DNA of 64,000 bases from NCBI GenBank assembly GCA_951406725.2, contig OX597828.1, forward strand, positions 39,246,001-39,310,000, in the 5' to 3' direction. Position numbers and translations under genes: made by a program. The stretch is from Octopus vulgaris. Lineage: Eukaryota. Under the pieces are notes generated by a model. That model saw only the letters and a program-made list of their open reading frames with translations, was not told the origin of the DNA and did not search any database. This document shows positions 13,031-25,592 of this stretch, one piece after another (position 1 is the first letter of the stretch; every line of letters begins with the position of its first letter).

Positions 13031-13662
13031 TGGATTCTTTTAATTATATTTATTGCATCAAATGAATTTGCACCTTTTGTTTAATTTGAACCTATGTAGA
13101 CATGTTTCAGTATGAGTATAGAAAACACACAAAACATTTGTAAACAGTTTTTATCATAATATGACATTCTCTTACAACCAACCGTTTATATGAAAGGTTA
13201 GCAATCAAGCAAACAAGGTTGGTCTGCTCTATATTCAAAGTTGCACAGTCAAGTTACTGTTATTATTATGCTTTAGATTTGTGTTAATTTACATAAGTTG
13301 CACCGAAGTCTCAACCAGGGACGTTAAGGAACAACGAGGTTTTTACATCTGAAGATGCTAACAGGTAAGGTGCCATACAATTGGGAACATTGGTGATTAT
13401 AGGGCAAAAAAAATATCATCATCATCATCATTATTTTGCAATGAAGTAGGCACCATATTTGTCACATTCTTTACTCTGCAGGTGAGAAATGAACCGCAGA
13501 AGATTACATTACCATTTCTGATAGAAAATGGTTTCTTTATCTTAAAACAGCACCCCAAGACTTCAACCTTATCTTTGAAAATAATATAACCCAGATGTAC
13601 AAATTTCATTATATACAGCTGAGAACAACTTATTTTCTCTAGTTGTCTATATATTATTTTGT

Positions 13663-14107
13663 TCTTTTACTTGTGTCAGTCATTTGACTGCGGCTATGTT
13701 GGAGCACCACCTTTAGTCGAACAAATTGACCCCAAGACTTATTCCTTGTAAGCTTAGTATTTATTCTATTGCTCTCTTTTGCCGAACCACTAAGTTATTG
13801 GGATGTAAACACACCAACATCAGCTGTCAAGCAATGGTGGGGATAAACACAGAGACACAAATGCATATATAATAAAAAAAAAAAATAATAAAAAATAATA
13901 AAAAAACAACACCGTGAGGACGTGGTACATGCAAAGTATTAAAAGATGCTCAGGGAAGGAAAGAAAGGGTGTTTTACATTTTGAGCAAAGCTCTTCTTCA
14001 GAAACAGGAGACAGAGGAAAGTCCAAGACAAAAGGAAGACGGAGGAAAAAAAAATCACCTACAATCCACATGTAGTCACATTTTGAAATATATAGTTACA
14101 TTTTGAT

Positions 14108-14163
<56 letters not shown>

Positions 14164-14331
14164 GACACACAATGGGCTTCTTTCAGTTTCCATCTACCAA
14201 ATCCACTCACAAGGCTTTGATTGGCCCGAGGCTATAGTAGAAGACACTTGCCCAAGGTGCCACGCAGTGGGACTGAACCCAGAACATGTGGTTGGGAAGC
14301 AAGATTTTTACCACACAACCAGTTTTACACC
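13663..14331 (-). mobile_element. SINE family A interrupted by a Penelope-like fragment
   Basis: Tail/body at 13663-13862 and head at 14173-14331, with foreign sequence at about 13870-14090. Confidence 0.8.
13971..14005 (-). ncRNA. Decayed minimal type I hammerhead ribozyme within a Penelope-like fragment
   Basis: Minus strand GTTT-CTGAAGA-A-GAGC-TTT-GCTC-AAAA-TGTA-AAAC. Stems I and II are intact; the expected GAAA-CGTA carries two CpG-type transitions. Confidence 0.6.
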
Positions 14332-14393
14332 TATATATATCATGCAAACATGGAAAACGGACATTAAATAATAGTGATATATATATATATATA

Positions 14394-14783
14394 GGCGCAG
14401 GAGTGGCTGTGTAGTAAGTAACTTGCTTACCAACCACATGGTTCTGGGTTCAGTCCCATTGCGTAGCACCTTGGGCAAGCGTCTTCTACCATAGCCTCGG
14501 GCCGACCAAAGCCTTGTAGATAGAAACTGAAAGAAGCCCATCGTATATATATGTATATGTATGTGTGCATATATGTTTGTGTGTCTGTGTTTGTCCCCCC
14601 AGCATTGCTTGACAACCGATGCTGGTGTGTTTACGCCCCCGTAACTTAGCGGTTCGAGAAAAGAGACCAATAGAATAAGTACTAGGCTAACAAAGAATAA
14701 GCCCTGAGGTTGATTTGGTCGACTAAAGCAGTGCTCCAGCATAGCCGCAGTCAAATGGCTGAAACAAGTAAAAGAGTAAAGAG
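14394..14783 (+). mobile_element. SINE family A, near full length
   Basis: GGCGCAGGAGTGGCTGTGTAGTAAG head with A/B-box-like motifs (GGTTCAGTCCC), CORE-like ACCTTGGGCAAG, internal microsatellite, (AAGAGTA)n tail. Confidence 0.9.
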
Positions 14784-14826
<43 letters not shown>

Positions 14827-15745
14827 ATGGCAACATGGAAAATGGACATTAAATGTTGATGATGTATCTTTATCATTCTTTAATAAGAAAAGTATTGAGA
14901 GTGAAGGTTAAGCAGACCAAACTTTGGAAGTCAGTGACAACACTATTCTTGTAAAAAAACAAGAAATAATAAACATTTACTCCACAAAATTATTGCATAA
15001 TCCCAGTTTAATGTAAAGTTATTTTTATTATATTTCAACACAAAAGCAAACTTTAAAAAATATATATATATATATATGGTAAGGACATCACCAGTGTAGC
15101 ATTGTATTATTACAAAACTTAAATGGATGTAATTGACATCAAATATTTGCTGCACATTAGCAAAGTTGTGAAAGAAAGGGGAAAAAAATGGTCTTTTTCA
15201 TAAAGACAAACAATTCTGCTTCCTATGATTATGTGTGTATACGCATACATATGGGGGTGGCAGCTTTTCTTTTGTACTGGTTTCATTAAAAAACAAAAAG
15301 CAACTATGTTCCAATTTTAACTTGTGTATTAAAAATTGTTTGTGCTTCTTTATAAGTTTTTTCATAGTTTGTCTGAAACAAATTTCCAGCGTGGAAATTT
15401 AATGGTTAAAAAATTGGGACAATAAAATCTACATAAATTTGGCTACTTTAAAACAATATTACCATGTGACTGCTGACATGGAAGTCAAAAGGTCAAAATT
15501 CTTGATGGTAAAAACAAATTCAACTACTTTTATAAAAGCCAAATGCAGAAGCCAAATATATTTCATATCCTGATGATGAGGTTGTGAAAGTCTAGAAAAG
15601 TTGATTACACATCTAGGAACCTTAATGTTCTAAATAAACAACAAAGCGTTTATATGGAAAAATGAAAAATCTTTAATAAAGAAGAAAAAAACTGAAAAAT
15701 AGTCATGTCTTTAATAAAACATTCATATATATATACATACATATA

Positions 15746-15854
15746 TTAGGTTGAGGAAAAAGTTTGTGCACCATGTTAAAATAATGCATTTTTATATATT
15801 TTTGTGGTATGTGTGTTCATTTTAACACAGTGCATGAACTTTTCCTCAACCTAG
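15746..15854. mobile_element. Mariner-type MITE (~108 bp)
   Basis: TIRs TAGGTTGAGGAAAAAGTTTGTGCACCATGTTAAAAT / ATTTTAACACAGTGCATGAACTTTTCCTCAACCTA in a TA/TG context; TTAGGTTG terminus typical of mariner. Confidence 0.75.
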
Positions 15855-15889
15855 TGTGTGTGTGTGTGTGTGTGCACGCGCGCGTTGAC

Positions 15890-16120
15890 TCCTGTGCAGG
15901 TGGCACATAAAAACCACCATTTGAGCATGGTCATTGACAGAACTGCTTGACTGGCCCTTGTAGTGGTTGGCGTTAGGAAGGGCATCCAGCTGTAGAAACT
16001 TTGCCAGATCAGATTGGAGCCTGGTGCAGCCATCTGGCTCGCCAGCCCTCAGTCAAACCGTCCAACCCATGCCAGCAAGGAAAGTGGACGTTAAACGATG
16101 ATGATGATGATGATGATGAT
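15890..16120 (+). mobile_element. RTE LINE 3'-end fragment
   Basis: GGTTGGCGTTAGGAAGGGCATCCAGC..ACCCATGCCAGC..GGACGTTAAAC(GAT)n. Confidence 0.85.
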
Positions 16121-18379
16121 ATGGTGGTTGTCTACTCCTTATGCAGAGTCTGACCACCTCTTGTACTTATACCTGAGATCCATCGTGGCATATCTGATTT
16201 GGACCACCAAGAGCTTCAGTTAAGCTCTGATCTTTGTGGATCTGGAAATGTCTTTTGAGGCCTCCATTAGATTTGAAGACCTTATGGCATACATGACACA
16301 TATAATTTTGGCTGTGTCAGACTCTTACTACTCTGAGTTTTGGCTGTGGGTGTTCAGGAAAATTATGACTATTTGTTCAAAATGATGGTGAGTGAAACTC
16401 AGAGAAGCAATGGACTGACTTGACCAAAATGAAAATAATATTAGTCTGTACTATGGTACTGAACACTTGTTTTTCTGATAGTCAACACTAACCAGACACA
16501 CACACACATATTTGCATACTTTGTTTTATTTTCAAGTGTCTTATTGTTCACATTGCTTCGTGTTTAGCCTGACTTTATCCTATAATAAACAAACTTTTTA
16601 AGCACTCTTAAGTGGACACATGAAAACGTTCTACCTTCACACCAACTCATAAGCTGACGCTAGTAATATATTACAAAAATAATAAAATCAAAAACCTTAC
16701 TAGCAACACACCAGAGGCATGGAAACCCAATACCAAACTTAGAATGACCAATGTAATTTATAAATCTAACTGTAAAAGCAGAAATTGAAAACTTCATGAC
16801 TTCAACTGTTACACTGGCCAGACAAGTATGACATTTTTGTAGGCTCAACATACATTTAGACAAGGAGCAGTAACAACACACTACACCATACAGCATAAAA
16901 CAAAACTAAACAGAAAAATATTAACAGAAAGTGCATCTATACTTTACAGAAGTTCCCACAGAAACAGATGCCTGATTACGGAAGTAATACCAATATTATA
17001 CCAACACAAGGCTATAATTAAGATACAATATATACATGTCACAATTGCAAATCTGATGGCATAGAACTCTAACTGCCAAATCCTGGCAGGAAAGCCTATA
17101 TAAACAAAGTCAAAACCGGTCCACATCAAGAGGATGAGAGTAAGATAGGTTAGAAACATTGATACAGATGAATGTGAGAACTTTATCGTTCTCAATGAAC
17201 TTTAAGGGACTGATATAATGATACAAGGAAACTTTAATAAAAAAGATTAAGTCAAAACATAGTTGTTTCTATCTCTAACCCATACCAGCATGGATAAACG
17301 GATGTATGATGACTTTATATAAATATATATATATATAACTTACACACAAACATCTGCGCAAAATCTTCCAAGTTTAAATAGAAATTAACGGTTTATTTTA
17401 AGTTTGTCATACGATATAAAGAGAAAAAAAGTAATGCTTTAATTATCTTTTCCAACAACCTCCTTTGCTCCCCACATCCTACACCAATTCGTTGTCACAA
17501 TATTTGAAGCATGGCGCAGTTATCTAAAAATTATCTATTTGATAAATACCATCTCATTTATTTTTTTTCACTGTGACAGGATACAATGAGATAACATCAA
17601 AATGCATCTTGTATTTGGAACAGATGAAAAGAGCTAGCTTCTCTCAACTGTCTAACAGAACCATTTTAACTAAAAGATAGATTTCATTTGTCTAATCGTA
17701 GATCCCCAGATTGTAGGCTATCTTATAAAGTCATCTTTCTGTGAAACAAAATAACAGCAGCAATAGATTTTTTATGATTTATGTTTCTTTTTCCTTACAT
17801 AAAAATAATCCTACCTAACCCAACCTTTCTCTATATCAATTTAAAGTATCAACATTCAACAAACTAAGAAAGCAAGATTAGATTAATAAAAATTGATGAC
17901 TAACAAGAAAACATATTTTTTTATGGCTTACTACTGTTGCTATCATTGCTGTTGTCACCATCGACATTCCTTTAGCTACTTCTATATTGAGTGGAACCAA
18001 GCATTTGCAACACTGCTAAAGTAACTCTATAGGAACTATGCCCTCAAAGCAAAGCATTTTCTGATTCCATTCAAATGTATTCAATTAATTAAAAGGTAAA
18101 TAAATGTATGGTACAATTAAAAGAACAGAAACACAAATACCATTTGAAATTTTAAGACAGACAGACAGACAGACAGACAGACATCCAACCATCTTGCTAT
18201 CTATCTATCTATCTATCCATCTTGCTATATCAATCTATCTATCTCGCTATCTATAAGCTGTATCACTTTGTAAGTGACTCATGAGCTGAGTTTCATACAT
18301 TGAGTTTGCCAAGTAATGTGCATAAAACTCTTGGCCTTTGAGTTACTTATTTAGCTTCACAGCTAAATATATGCTCCAT

Positions 18380-18743
18380 TTTTACCTCTGCCTTAGCGAA
18401 GGCTGAGGTATTGTTTTCAGTTGTGTTTGTTTATTTGTCCATGAACAAGATATCTCAAGAACCGCTGGATGGATTCAGATAAAACTTTCAGAGATGTTTG
18501 GCCTTCTGACTGGCATGAACTGATTAGATTTTGGGATCAATCTGATACTGTACAAGGATTCTGGATTATTTTTCTTGTTTTTTGTTTACTTAATTTTTGA
18601 GAGCGATCGAGTTCATTTTTAGCATTCGCCCTTGTGAGAGCAGTCAAGTTTATTTCAGATATTCCTATTCTAAAAATCCTCTCTGGTTGAGAGGATGTTG
18701 GTGTTGCCTTGGTGGAGATTTACGATCTCAGAGTGCTCTTGTT
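18380..18743 (+). mobile_element. Helentron-associated (DINE-1/HINE-like) non-autonomous element
   Basis: 5' TTTTTACCTCTGCC..GGCTGAGGTA subterminal hairpin; 3' subTIR GGTGGAGAT followed by a short stem-loop and TT target context. Confidence 0.65.
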
Positions 18744-21220
18744 TTATATTGAATTTTATTCCTCCTGTTTGCACCAAACACATACACACATTAATGAGAA
18801 AGTATGGCAGCCTTTTGTTACCATATTTTTATTGAAATACATTGCTTTATTTCAACTAATATTAGAAATAATGAATTTAATAAAAATAATTTCGTCATAT
18901 TAAGCAAATGGCTGAAACATAAAATAAAATGAACTTTTGATGAAAGATTTTAATTTAGAGTTCTTTAAAACAAGGCATTAAGAAGGGCATCCAGACATAG
19001 AAACTATACCAAAGCTATTACTGGAGCTTGGAGCAGTCCTGCAGCTCACTGGATCCTGTCAAACCATTCAGTCTGTGTCAGTATGGAAAACAGACATTAA
19101 ACAAGGACAATGAGGGCCATTGTCGAGCAGTTCAAGATGGTGAAGTCCTATATCAGACACGAGGACATGAAGTGCAACTCTTACAATATGAGGAAGGGTA
19201 GTCCACGCCTGAAAAGATCTGAGAGAACCAGGTTACCAACTGACCTCCAGCCTAAATGTCATCCTTGTTCTTCTGATTTGAAACTGAACTGCTGAGCCTT
19301 TGGCAATAGAACTGAGGTGGGGCAACTGGCAGCACAATAATGTCAAGGACTTACTGCAAAACTCTTTCCTATTCACAATGCACAGATTGGGTGGGCAACA
19401 ACCTAATCTTGGCAAGTAGTTGCATCTGTGATTGCACCAGAGCTGTTCTTAGCACTGAAGGGAATTTTGTTTCTTTGATGTATCTACTTGAATGTATGTG
19501 CCATTTTTCTGAAATTAAGTTGTTTTTTTCATTTTGGTATTTGTTTTTCTTTGTATTTTATTTTATTCTTGGTTGCCTAGCACACCCTGTATGTATGAAT
19601 ATTATATATGTACATACACTCATACATAGAAACGGATGTTAAATGATATGTGTTTATGTATAACAACACACACACACACACATACCTATGTGTATATGTA
19701 TTATTTTCTCTTTTTCTTCATTAATTATGCCATTAATTTCTTTATTTGTGAAAGTTAAGAGATTTAATTTTCATGTAAGTTGTTACATTAATTTAACCAC
19801 TCCCCATATCAAACCTACATAAGTGTGTTGCTAAGAGGGTGAATTCAAGAGCCACTGGTCATAAATTTGTTTAGAGTTAAGAGCTAGGCAGAGCATCTTT
19901 CTGAAAACATTAGTGCAAAGAAAAAATATGGTGTATGGTGTTGATGGTGATAGCAGTGAACATGATGGTATTTAGCTGCAGGTTAGCCCTAGTAGATTAG
20001 ATCTATAATCATAGGCATTCCAGCTATGACTATCCCATCTGCTTTTTTTCTTTTCAGATATAATACATCTAAGATTCATAAAATATATTTGCCAACTAAA
20101 TGTGGTGGTCCTATACAGGACGGTGTTACTGTCGTTTTTAGCACCCAGGAAGACATCTCCTCCAACTGGCCAATGCCACACGGTCTGTGTCTGATTAGTA
20201 TTCGTGAGGGAGGTCATCGCTCCCATCTCTACCATACGTGATACACACAGATTCAGGTTTCTGGATGGTTACCAGTTTTAAGTGCATTCATTCCACTTGC
20301 AAAATACTATATCCTTTTTCTAGCAACACACTGTCACTGTACTGTTACTGTTTATCTCTTGCTCAGAGATTAAATATAACTTATCTCTCTCTTTACATCT
20401 AAGATTATCATCTCTTTTTTTTTTTTTATGATGACAGGGATGTGATACAAGGAAGAGTTGTTGCTATATCTAGCATGTCAAACAACCTCATAGAAGCTTC
20501 CTTAAGTAGTGCTGACATAATGATGGAAGTGAGGCGATGGTTATTATGTTAACAGTGGTGGTGATGCTGATTATGACGACAGTATGGTGATGGAAATTAT
20601 GATGGCTACACTGGTAAGCAGTCATAGACTTGCTGTTGTTCAAGAATACCAATGACATTGACCTCATCAATCTTGAAGGACCTGTTGAAGGCTATATACA
20701 TAGATCCTTCCTTTAGATGAAAACCATTAAAAAAAAATACAAAGAACAAACAGAAAATATCTGAAGTCAAATTTTGAATGGAGAGGGTATTGATGAGATA
20801 AGTACCAGTCAAATAACGAGGTTAAATGAATCAAAGATAGCTTCCTCCAAAATGTGTGACTATTTGTCTCTGCTACAAATCATCATCATCATTTATCACC
20901 ATTCTCATCATCTGACAACGAGGTACAAAAAAAAAATAATAAACTGAATTATATATAAAGCTACAGCTTTATTAAGTTCGTTTAGAGTTGCCTCTTTTAG
21001 GTGCATCTCATTGATAAGAGTCAATAAGCTCAAAACATCGATGTCTGGGATTTCTTATAGATGGCGACACTGAACGAACAGGGTGTTTTCACACCTTTTT
21101 ACCAAAAAGAGAGATTTATTTTCCATGGTAACTGCAGTGTATATGTGACAAACAAATTTCAACTTACCTGATTCTGCTAATAAACTAACATATTTTAAAG
21201 ATAATTTACATGCTTGTATC

Positions 21221-21523
21221 ACCCATGCTGGTGTCACATAAACAGCACCCATGCTGGTGCCACGTAAAAAGCACCTGTACTGGTGCCATGTAAAAGTACC
21301 CATGCTGGTGTCAAATAAAAAGCACCTGTGCTGGTTTTATGTAAAACAAAAAAAGCACCCAATATACTCTGTAAAGTGGCTGGCGTTAGGAAGGCATCCA
21401 ACCATAGAAACCATGCTAAAGCAGACAGCTGGAGCCTGGTGCAACTCTCTGACTTGCCAGCTTTTGTCAAATCATCCAACCCATGCCAGCATGGAACACG
21501 GACATTAAATGATGATGATGATG
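21221..21523 (+). mobile_element. RTE 3'-end derivative with a ~26-bp tandem array
   Basis: About 5 copies of ACC(CA/TG)TGCTGGTG.CACGTAAAAAGC, then the RTE tail and (GAT)n. Confidence 0.8.
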
Positions 21524-21946
21524 AAGCAGAGTCAGTGTTATTTCCTGGTTATTTTGACTAAAAAATTATGAAAATAAAAAAGCAAGCCTAGCTTGAAGGA
21601 AGATGTAAACCTACTTAGGAGAAGTCTATGTGAGAAAGGGGAAAATATGAGGAAGAAAGATATAGTATGACAGGAAACTTTGATCTTACGTATCTATTTA
21701 TTTATATATTTAAGTATTTATATTCTGTTGACACAGTAGGTGGGTGAGTGGGTGTCTTGATTACAAACATGTCAAGCAAAACACATGGCCCACTGGCAAA
21801 ATACTGGGGAGTGGGGGGAATGTGCTTTTTAGGGTAAATTATTGGTGCAGTTATGACCTTGGAATTATTTCTGTGAGCAGTATGGTACCTAAAATAGGTA
21901 CCATTAAAAAAGGGGTGGGGACAGGGTAAAAATAGCTTAAGTTTAA

Positions 21947-22141
21947 CCCTTTAGCATTTAAACTAGACACATCGGGCCCTAAAATTCAAGTTGTTTCATG
22001 TTTAAACTAGCCACATCCAGCCTCTTACAATTATCCTACAATGTCATTCTAAAAATCTCAAAGCTCCAAGATAAAGCAAAAGTTAAAACAATGAGAATAA
22101 ATAAGCATTAGATTCAGCAGAGTAATCTGAATGCTAAAGGG
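21947..22141 (+). mobile_element. piggyBac-type MITE
   Basis: TTAA|CCCTTTAGCATT ... AATGCTAAAGGG|TTTAA. Related copies at 2905-3073 and 30124-30332. Confidence 0.7.
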
Positions 22142-22265
22142 TTTAAGTTAAATGGACAAGAGGTTGGTTGATTTTTAAAACAGGACAACCAAACCTTGAG
22201 TGGAATTTGAAGGAGAAAACCAAGAAAGTTATAAAAGCAGGAGTACAAAAAATTTTTTTTCTATA

Positions 22266-22675
22266 GGCACAGGAGTGGCTGTGTGGTAAGTAGCTTGCTT
22301 ACCAACCACATGGTTCTAGGTTCAGTCCCACTGCGAGGCACCTTGGGCAAGTGTCTTCTACTATAGCCTCGGGCCGACCAAAGGCTTGTGAGTGGATTTG
22401 GTAGATGGAAACTGAAAGAAGTTTGTCGTATATATGTATAAATATATATTTGTGTTTGTGTGTCTGTGTGTGTCCCCCCACCCCCAAAATCGCTTGACAA
22501 TTGATGTTGGTGTGTTTACGTCCCTGTAACTTAACGGTTCAGCAAAAGTGACCGATAGAATAAGTACTAGGCTTACAAAGAATAAGTCCTGGGGTTGATT
22601 TACTCGACTAAAGGCGGTGCTCCAGCATGGCCACTGTCAAATGACTGAAACAAGTAAAAGAGTAAAGAGTGAGAG
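22266..22675 (+). mobile_element. SINE family A, full length
   Basis: Head, core, microsatellite and tail as in 14394-14783. Confidence 0.9.
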
Positions 22676-23085
22676 TAAAATAAACTAAAATAGAAAAAAA
22701 AATTGGTTGGGTTCTAAAGATAGAAGAGAGAAATCAAATTTCAAAGTGAGGAAAGTCTTTGAATTGTGGAAGAGTCACTGGAATCTAATTTCAAGAGAAC
22801 AAAGAACAAGTTCTGGAATCTAAAGGTTCTTGTTTACTAAATTTCATTTTAAGAATGCTATAACAATGTTATTGTTGTTAGAAGGACAGAAACTGAGAGG
22901 AATAATGTATAAACGAAAAGTTGAACTATTGGCATTTAAAAATCATATATTCAAACCTTACCAAAGATATTTGTCATGTACGTTGAAGTGAAATACATAA
23001 CTGTGTGCACCTTATGTCTACTTAGCAGAAAAATAAGACTGTGTTAGAAACAGTAGCCAGATCTCCAAATTGCACTACTTTTTCT

Positions 23086-23312
23086 TAACCCTTATCTTAC
23101 CATATTTCTGTTAGAATACACTGCTTTCGTTTCAATTAATTTTGAAAATAATTAAGAATTTATTAAAATAACTGTCATCATTAAGCAGGTGTTTGGAACA
23201 TAAATCAACATGAAAGTTTGATGGCAAGTTTTAATTTAGAAAATATTAAAACAGGAAATTTGTATCATAAAAACCGAGGGCAGTCATAAATGTGTTATTA
23301 TCAAAAGAGTTT
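23086..23312 (+). mobile_element. Second TTAA/CCCT-ended MITE family
   Basis: TTAACCCTT..TACCATATTTCTGTT start and TATCAAAAGAGTT end; related sequence at about 18810-18975 and 45949-46217 (minus). Confidence 0.55.
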
Positions 23313-24151
23313 GATAAAAATTTTTATGCTACATATACCTATTCCTTAGGCTTCTGTTAAGAGCTTGAATATTAAATTGTTAAAATAGTGTGATAAGCAA
23401 CATAAAGCAAATAGCAGGTTGATATCAACATAGATTTTAAGTATAGCTTTTTAATTTTTTTAACACTGCAAGTTTGTTTTTTTAAATTTATTTTTGCAAG
23501 CATTTTCCCAGGATATGATAGGTTGGATGGATCTGCAAATTCAGAATTTTGCATCAATTGTTGAGAAAAAGTGAATTCCGTTTTGTTTTTTTTTTCAAAA
23601 TTACATGCCCTCAGCATCAATCATCATCATATGTCTGTTTATCAAAAGCTCTAATATATAACTCTTTAAATTGGAAGTGGGAGTATTTTCAGTGATGTTA
23701 TCTAGATACAAATCATTATGTATACAGAGGACATACATTGCTGTAATACCAAAGAAAGTTCCAATCAATATCATACCATTTGTTGATATCAGTTTGTATA
23801 ACACCAAGTGTCTTATATCATACTATTTGTTAACATCAATCAGTTTATGTAATAGCATGTATAATTTTTGGGTTAGGGTTAAGTGGTGTAGAAGCAGACA
23901 GTAAATTTGGCAAGGGTTTTGAAAGCCAAGGGTAGGCTTGTGAATATCTGATGGGTTTCTTACAAGAAAAAACCCCCCAAAAAACTTAGCTCCCTTGAAG
24001 TTCCTTGAGAGAACCTTTGTTTCCAGGGGACCTGCAAAGAGTCTTGTTTCATCTTGTAAAATTCCTCTTGGAGACCCTGACCATTTGTGTTAAAGCATAT
24101 CATTTTCTGATATCAATCAGCATGCAAAATTCCATATATGTTATAGCTTAC

Positions 24152-24517
24152 CATTTGATTATAATAGGGAATCAGTGATTACCAAATTGCTTTTATGGGT
24201 TTAATCAGAGGTGAAAGGGCAATCTCCATGAACCACCACTGCTAGTGGGAGGAGAGGAAGAAGGGAAGAAAGTGAGTTTGTGGCAGCAAGGAAATAGCAC
24301 ATCAAGATATTCATTCAATTATTCACTGACTGGAGACTTGGTCCACATGTTGGCAGTAAAGCAGATACCACAAAAGACACCAAGTGTCAGGTGTTGGTGT
24401 AGAACTGAGCAAAAAAAATCATGTTTAGCCCTCACAAGATTGTTGTTCAAAAACTATATTTATAATCCATTATCACAATCTAATTGAACCCAAAGATGGC
24501 TTCGAAAACTTGTTAAT
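24152..24517 (-). other. Candidate spliced exon (mostly non-coding, ends ATG|GT)
   Basis: Strong polypyrimidine acceptor TTTGTCTTCCTTTTCATCTTTTTATACTTCAATCCTTTTGTAG| and donor AAATG|GTAAGC in non-repeat sequence; stops in all three frames. Confidence 0.3.
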
Positions 24518-24759
24518 CTACAAAAGGATTGAAGTATAAAAGATGAAAAGGAAGACAAACTAAGGGCTTTTTCTTTCTTTTACTTCATTTTCTTGATCAA
24601 ATCTTTCTTAAAAACCCTAAAGTTACAAGGACTAAATTACAATTCAACTCAGGAAGTAGACTTAATCCATTGCCCAGTTTACACCACCACCTTACCCCGC
24701 TTGGCTGCTGTCTTTCCTTCAATGACTAAACCACCAAAAAAAAAAAAAATGAAAATAAA

Positions 24760-25017
24760 CAGGCACAAGCATGGTTGTGATTAAGATGGCTTACTTTACA
24801 ACCATGTGGTTTCAGATTAAATCCTACCTTGCACCACTTTGGGCAAGTCTTCTACTATAAGCCCTGGGCTGGCTGACACCTTGTTATTCATCATCATCAT
24901 CTAACATCTGCTTTCCATGCTGGCATGGGTTGGTTTGACTGGGGACTGGTGAGCCAGATGGCTGCACCAGGCTCCAGAATATGATAAACAGAAACTGTGT
25001 GGAATCTCATATATACG

Positions 25018-25058
<41 letters not shown>

Positions 25059-25250
25059 ATGTTTGTCCCTCTACGACTTGACAACTGGTGTTGGTTTGTT
25101 CACATCCCTGTAACTTAGTTGTTCAGCAAAAGGGACTCACAGATTAAGTACCAGACTTGAGATAAAAAAATAAAAAGTACTGGGGGTAAATTTGTTCAGC
25201 TAAACCCTTAAAGGTGGTGTCCTGACATAGCTGCAGTCCAAACGAGTAAG
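24760..25250 (+). mobile_element. Degraded SINE family A with an inserted RTE-tail fragment (24888-24977, minus)
   Basis: A-type head and tail motifs flank CATCATCATCTAACATCTGCTTTCCATGCTGGCATGGGTTGG. Confidence 0.65.
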
Positions 25251-25384
25251 GAAATAAAAACAATTTACTTACATCACTAATTTAGGTTTAAAAAAAAAAA
25301 AATAACTAGTATACAACAGTAATTTTGTTTGACCTTCCTGATCTCTGCTTTCCATTATTAACAAACAACCCTAATATTGATTTC

Positions 25385-25592
25385 AAAGTTTAGCACTAAA
25401 TGAGCAATTTCAGAAAAGGGGCTAGTTAATTACATCAACCCCAGTGTTCAACTGGTACTTATTTTACAGACCCTGAAAAGGATGAATGGTAAAGTCAACC
25501 TCAAATGAATTTGAACTCAGAACGCAAAGATGGACGAAATGCCACTAGGCATTTCGCCTGGTGTGCTAATGATTCTGCCAGTTCGCTACCTT
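25385..25592 (-). mobile_element. SINE family B
   Basis: AACTGGTACTTATTT..AAAGTCAACC..GAATTTGAACTCAGAAC..TTCTGCCAG. Confidence 0.8.

Noticed and set aside
15568-15596. CTGATGA..GAAA hammerhead-like spacing (also CTGAAGA near 285 and 35214)
   Set aside because: No pairing stem II or stem I.
20606-20682. Possible minus-strand exon SFKIDEVNVIGILEQQQVYDCLPV* in phase with ATGCCTGG
   Set aside because: Weak acceptor tract, runs to a stop after about 25 codons, no recognised homology.
23601-23807. 68-aa ORF with a hydrophobic N-terminal stretch
   Set aside because: Its start overlaps a degenerate ~50-bp tandem duplication; no recognisable domain or convincing splice sites.
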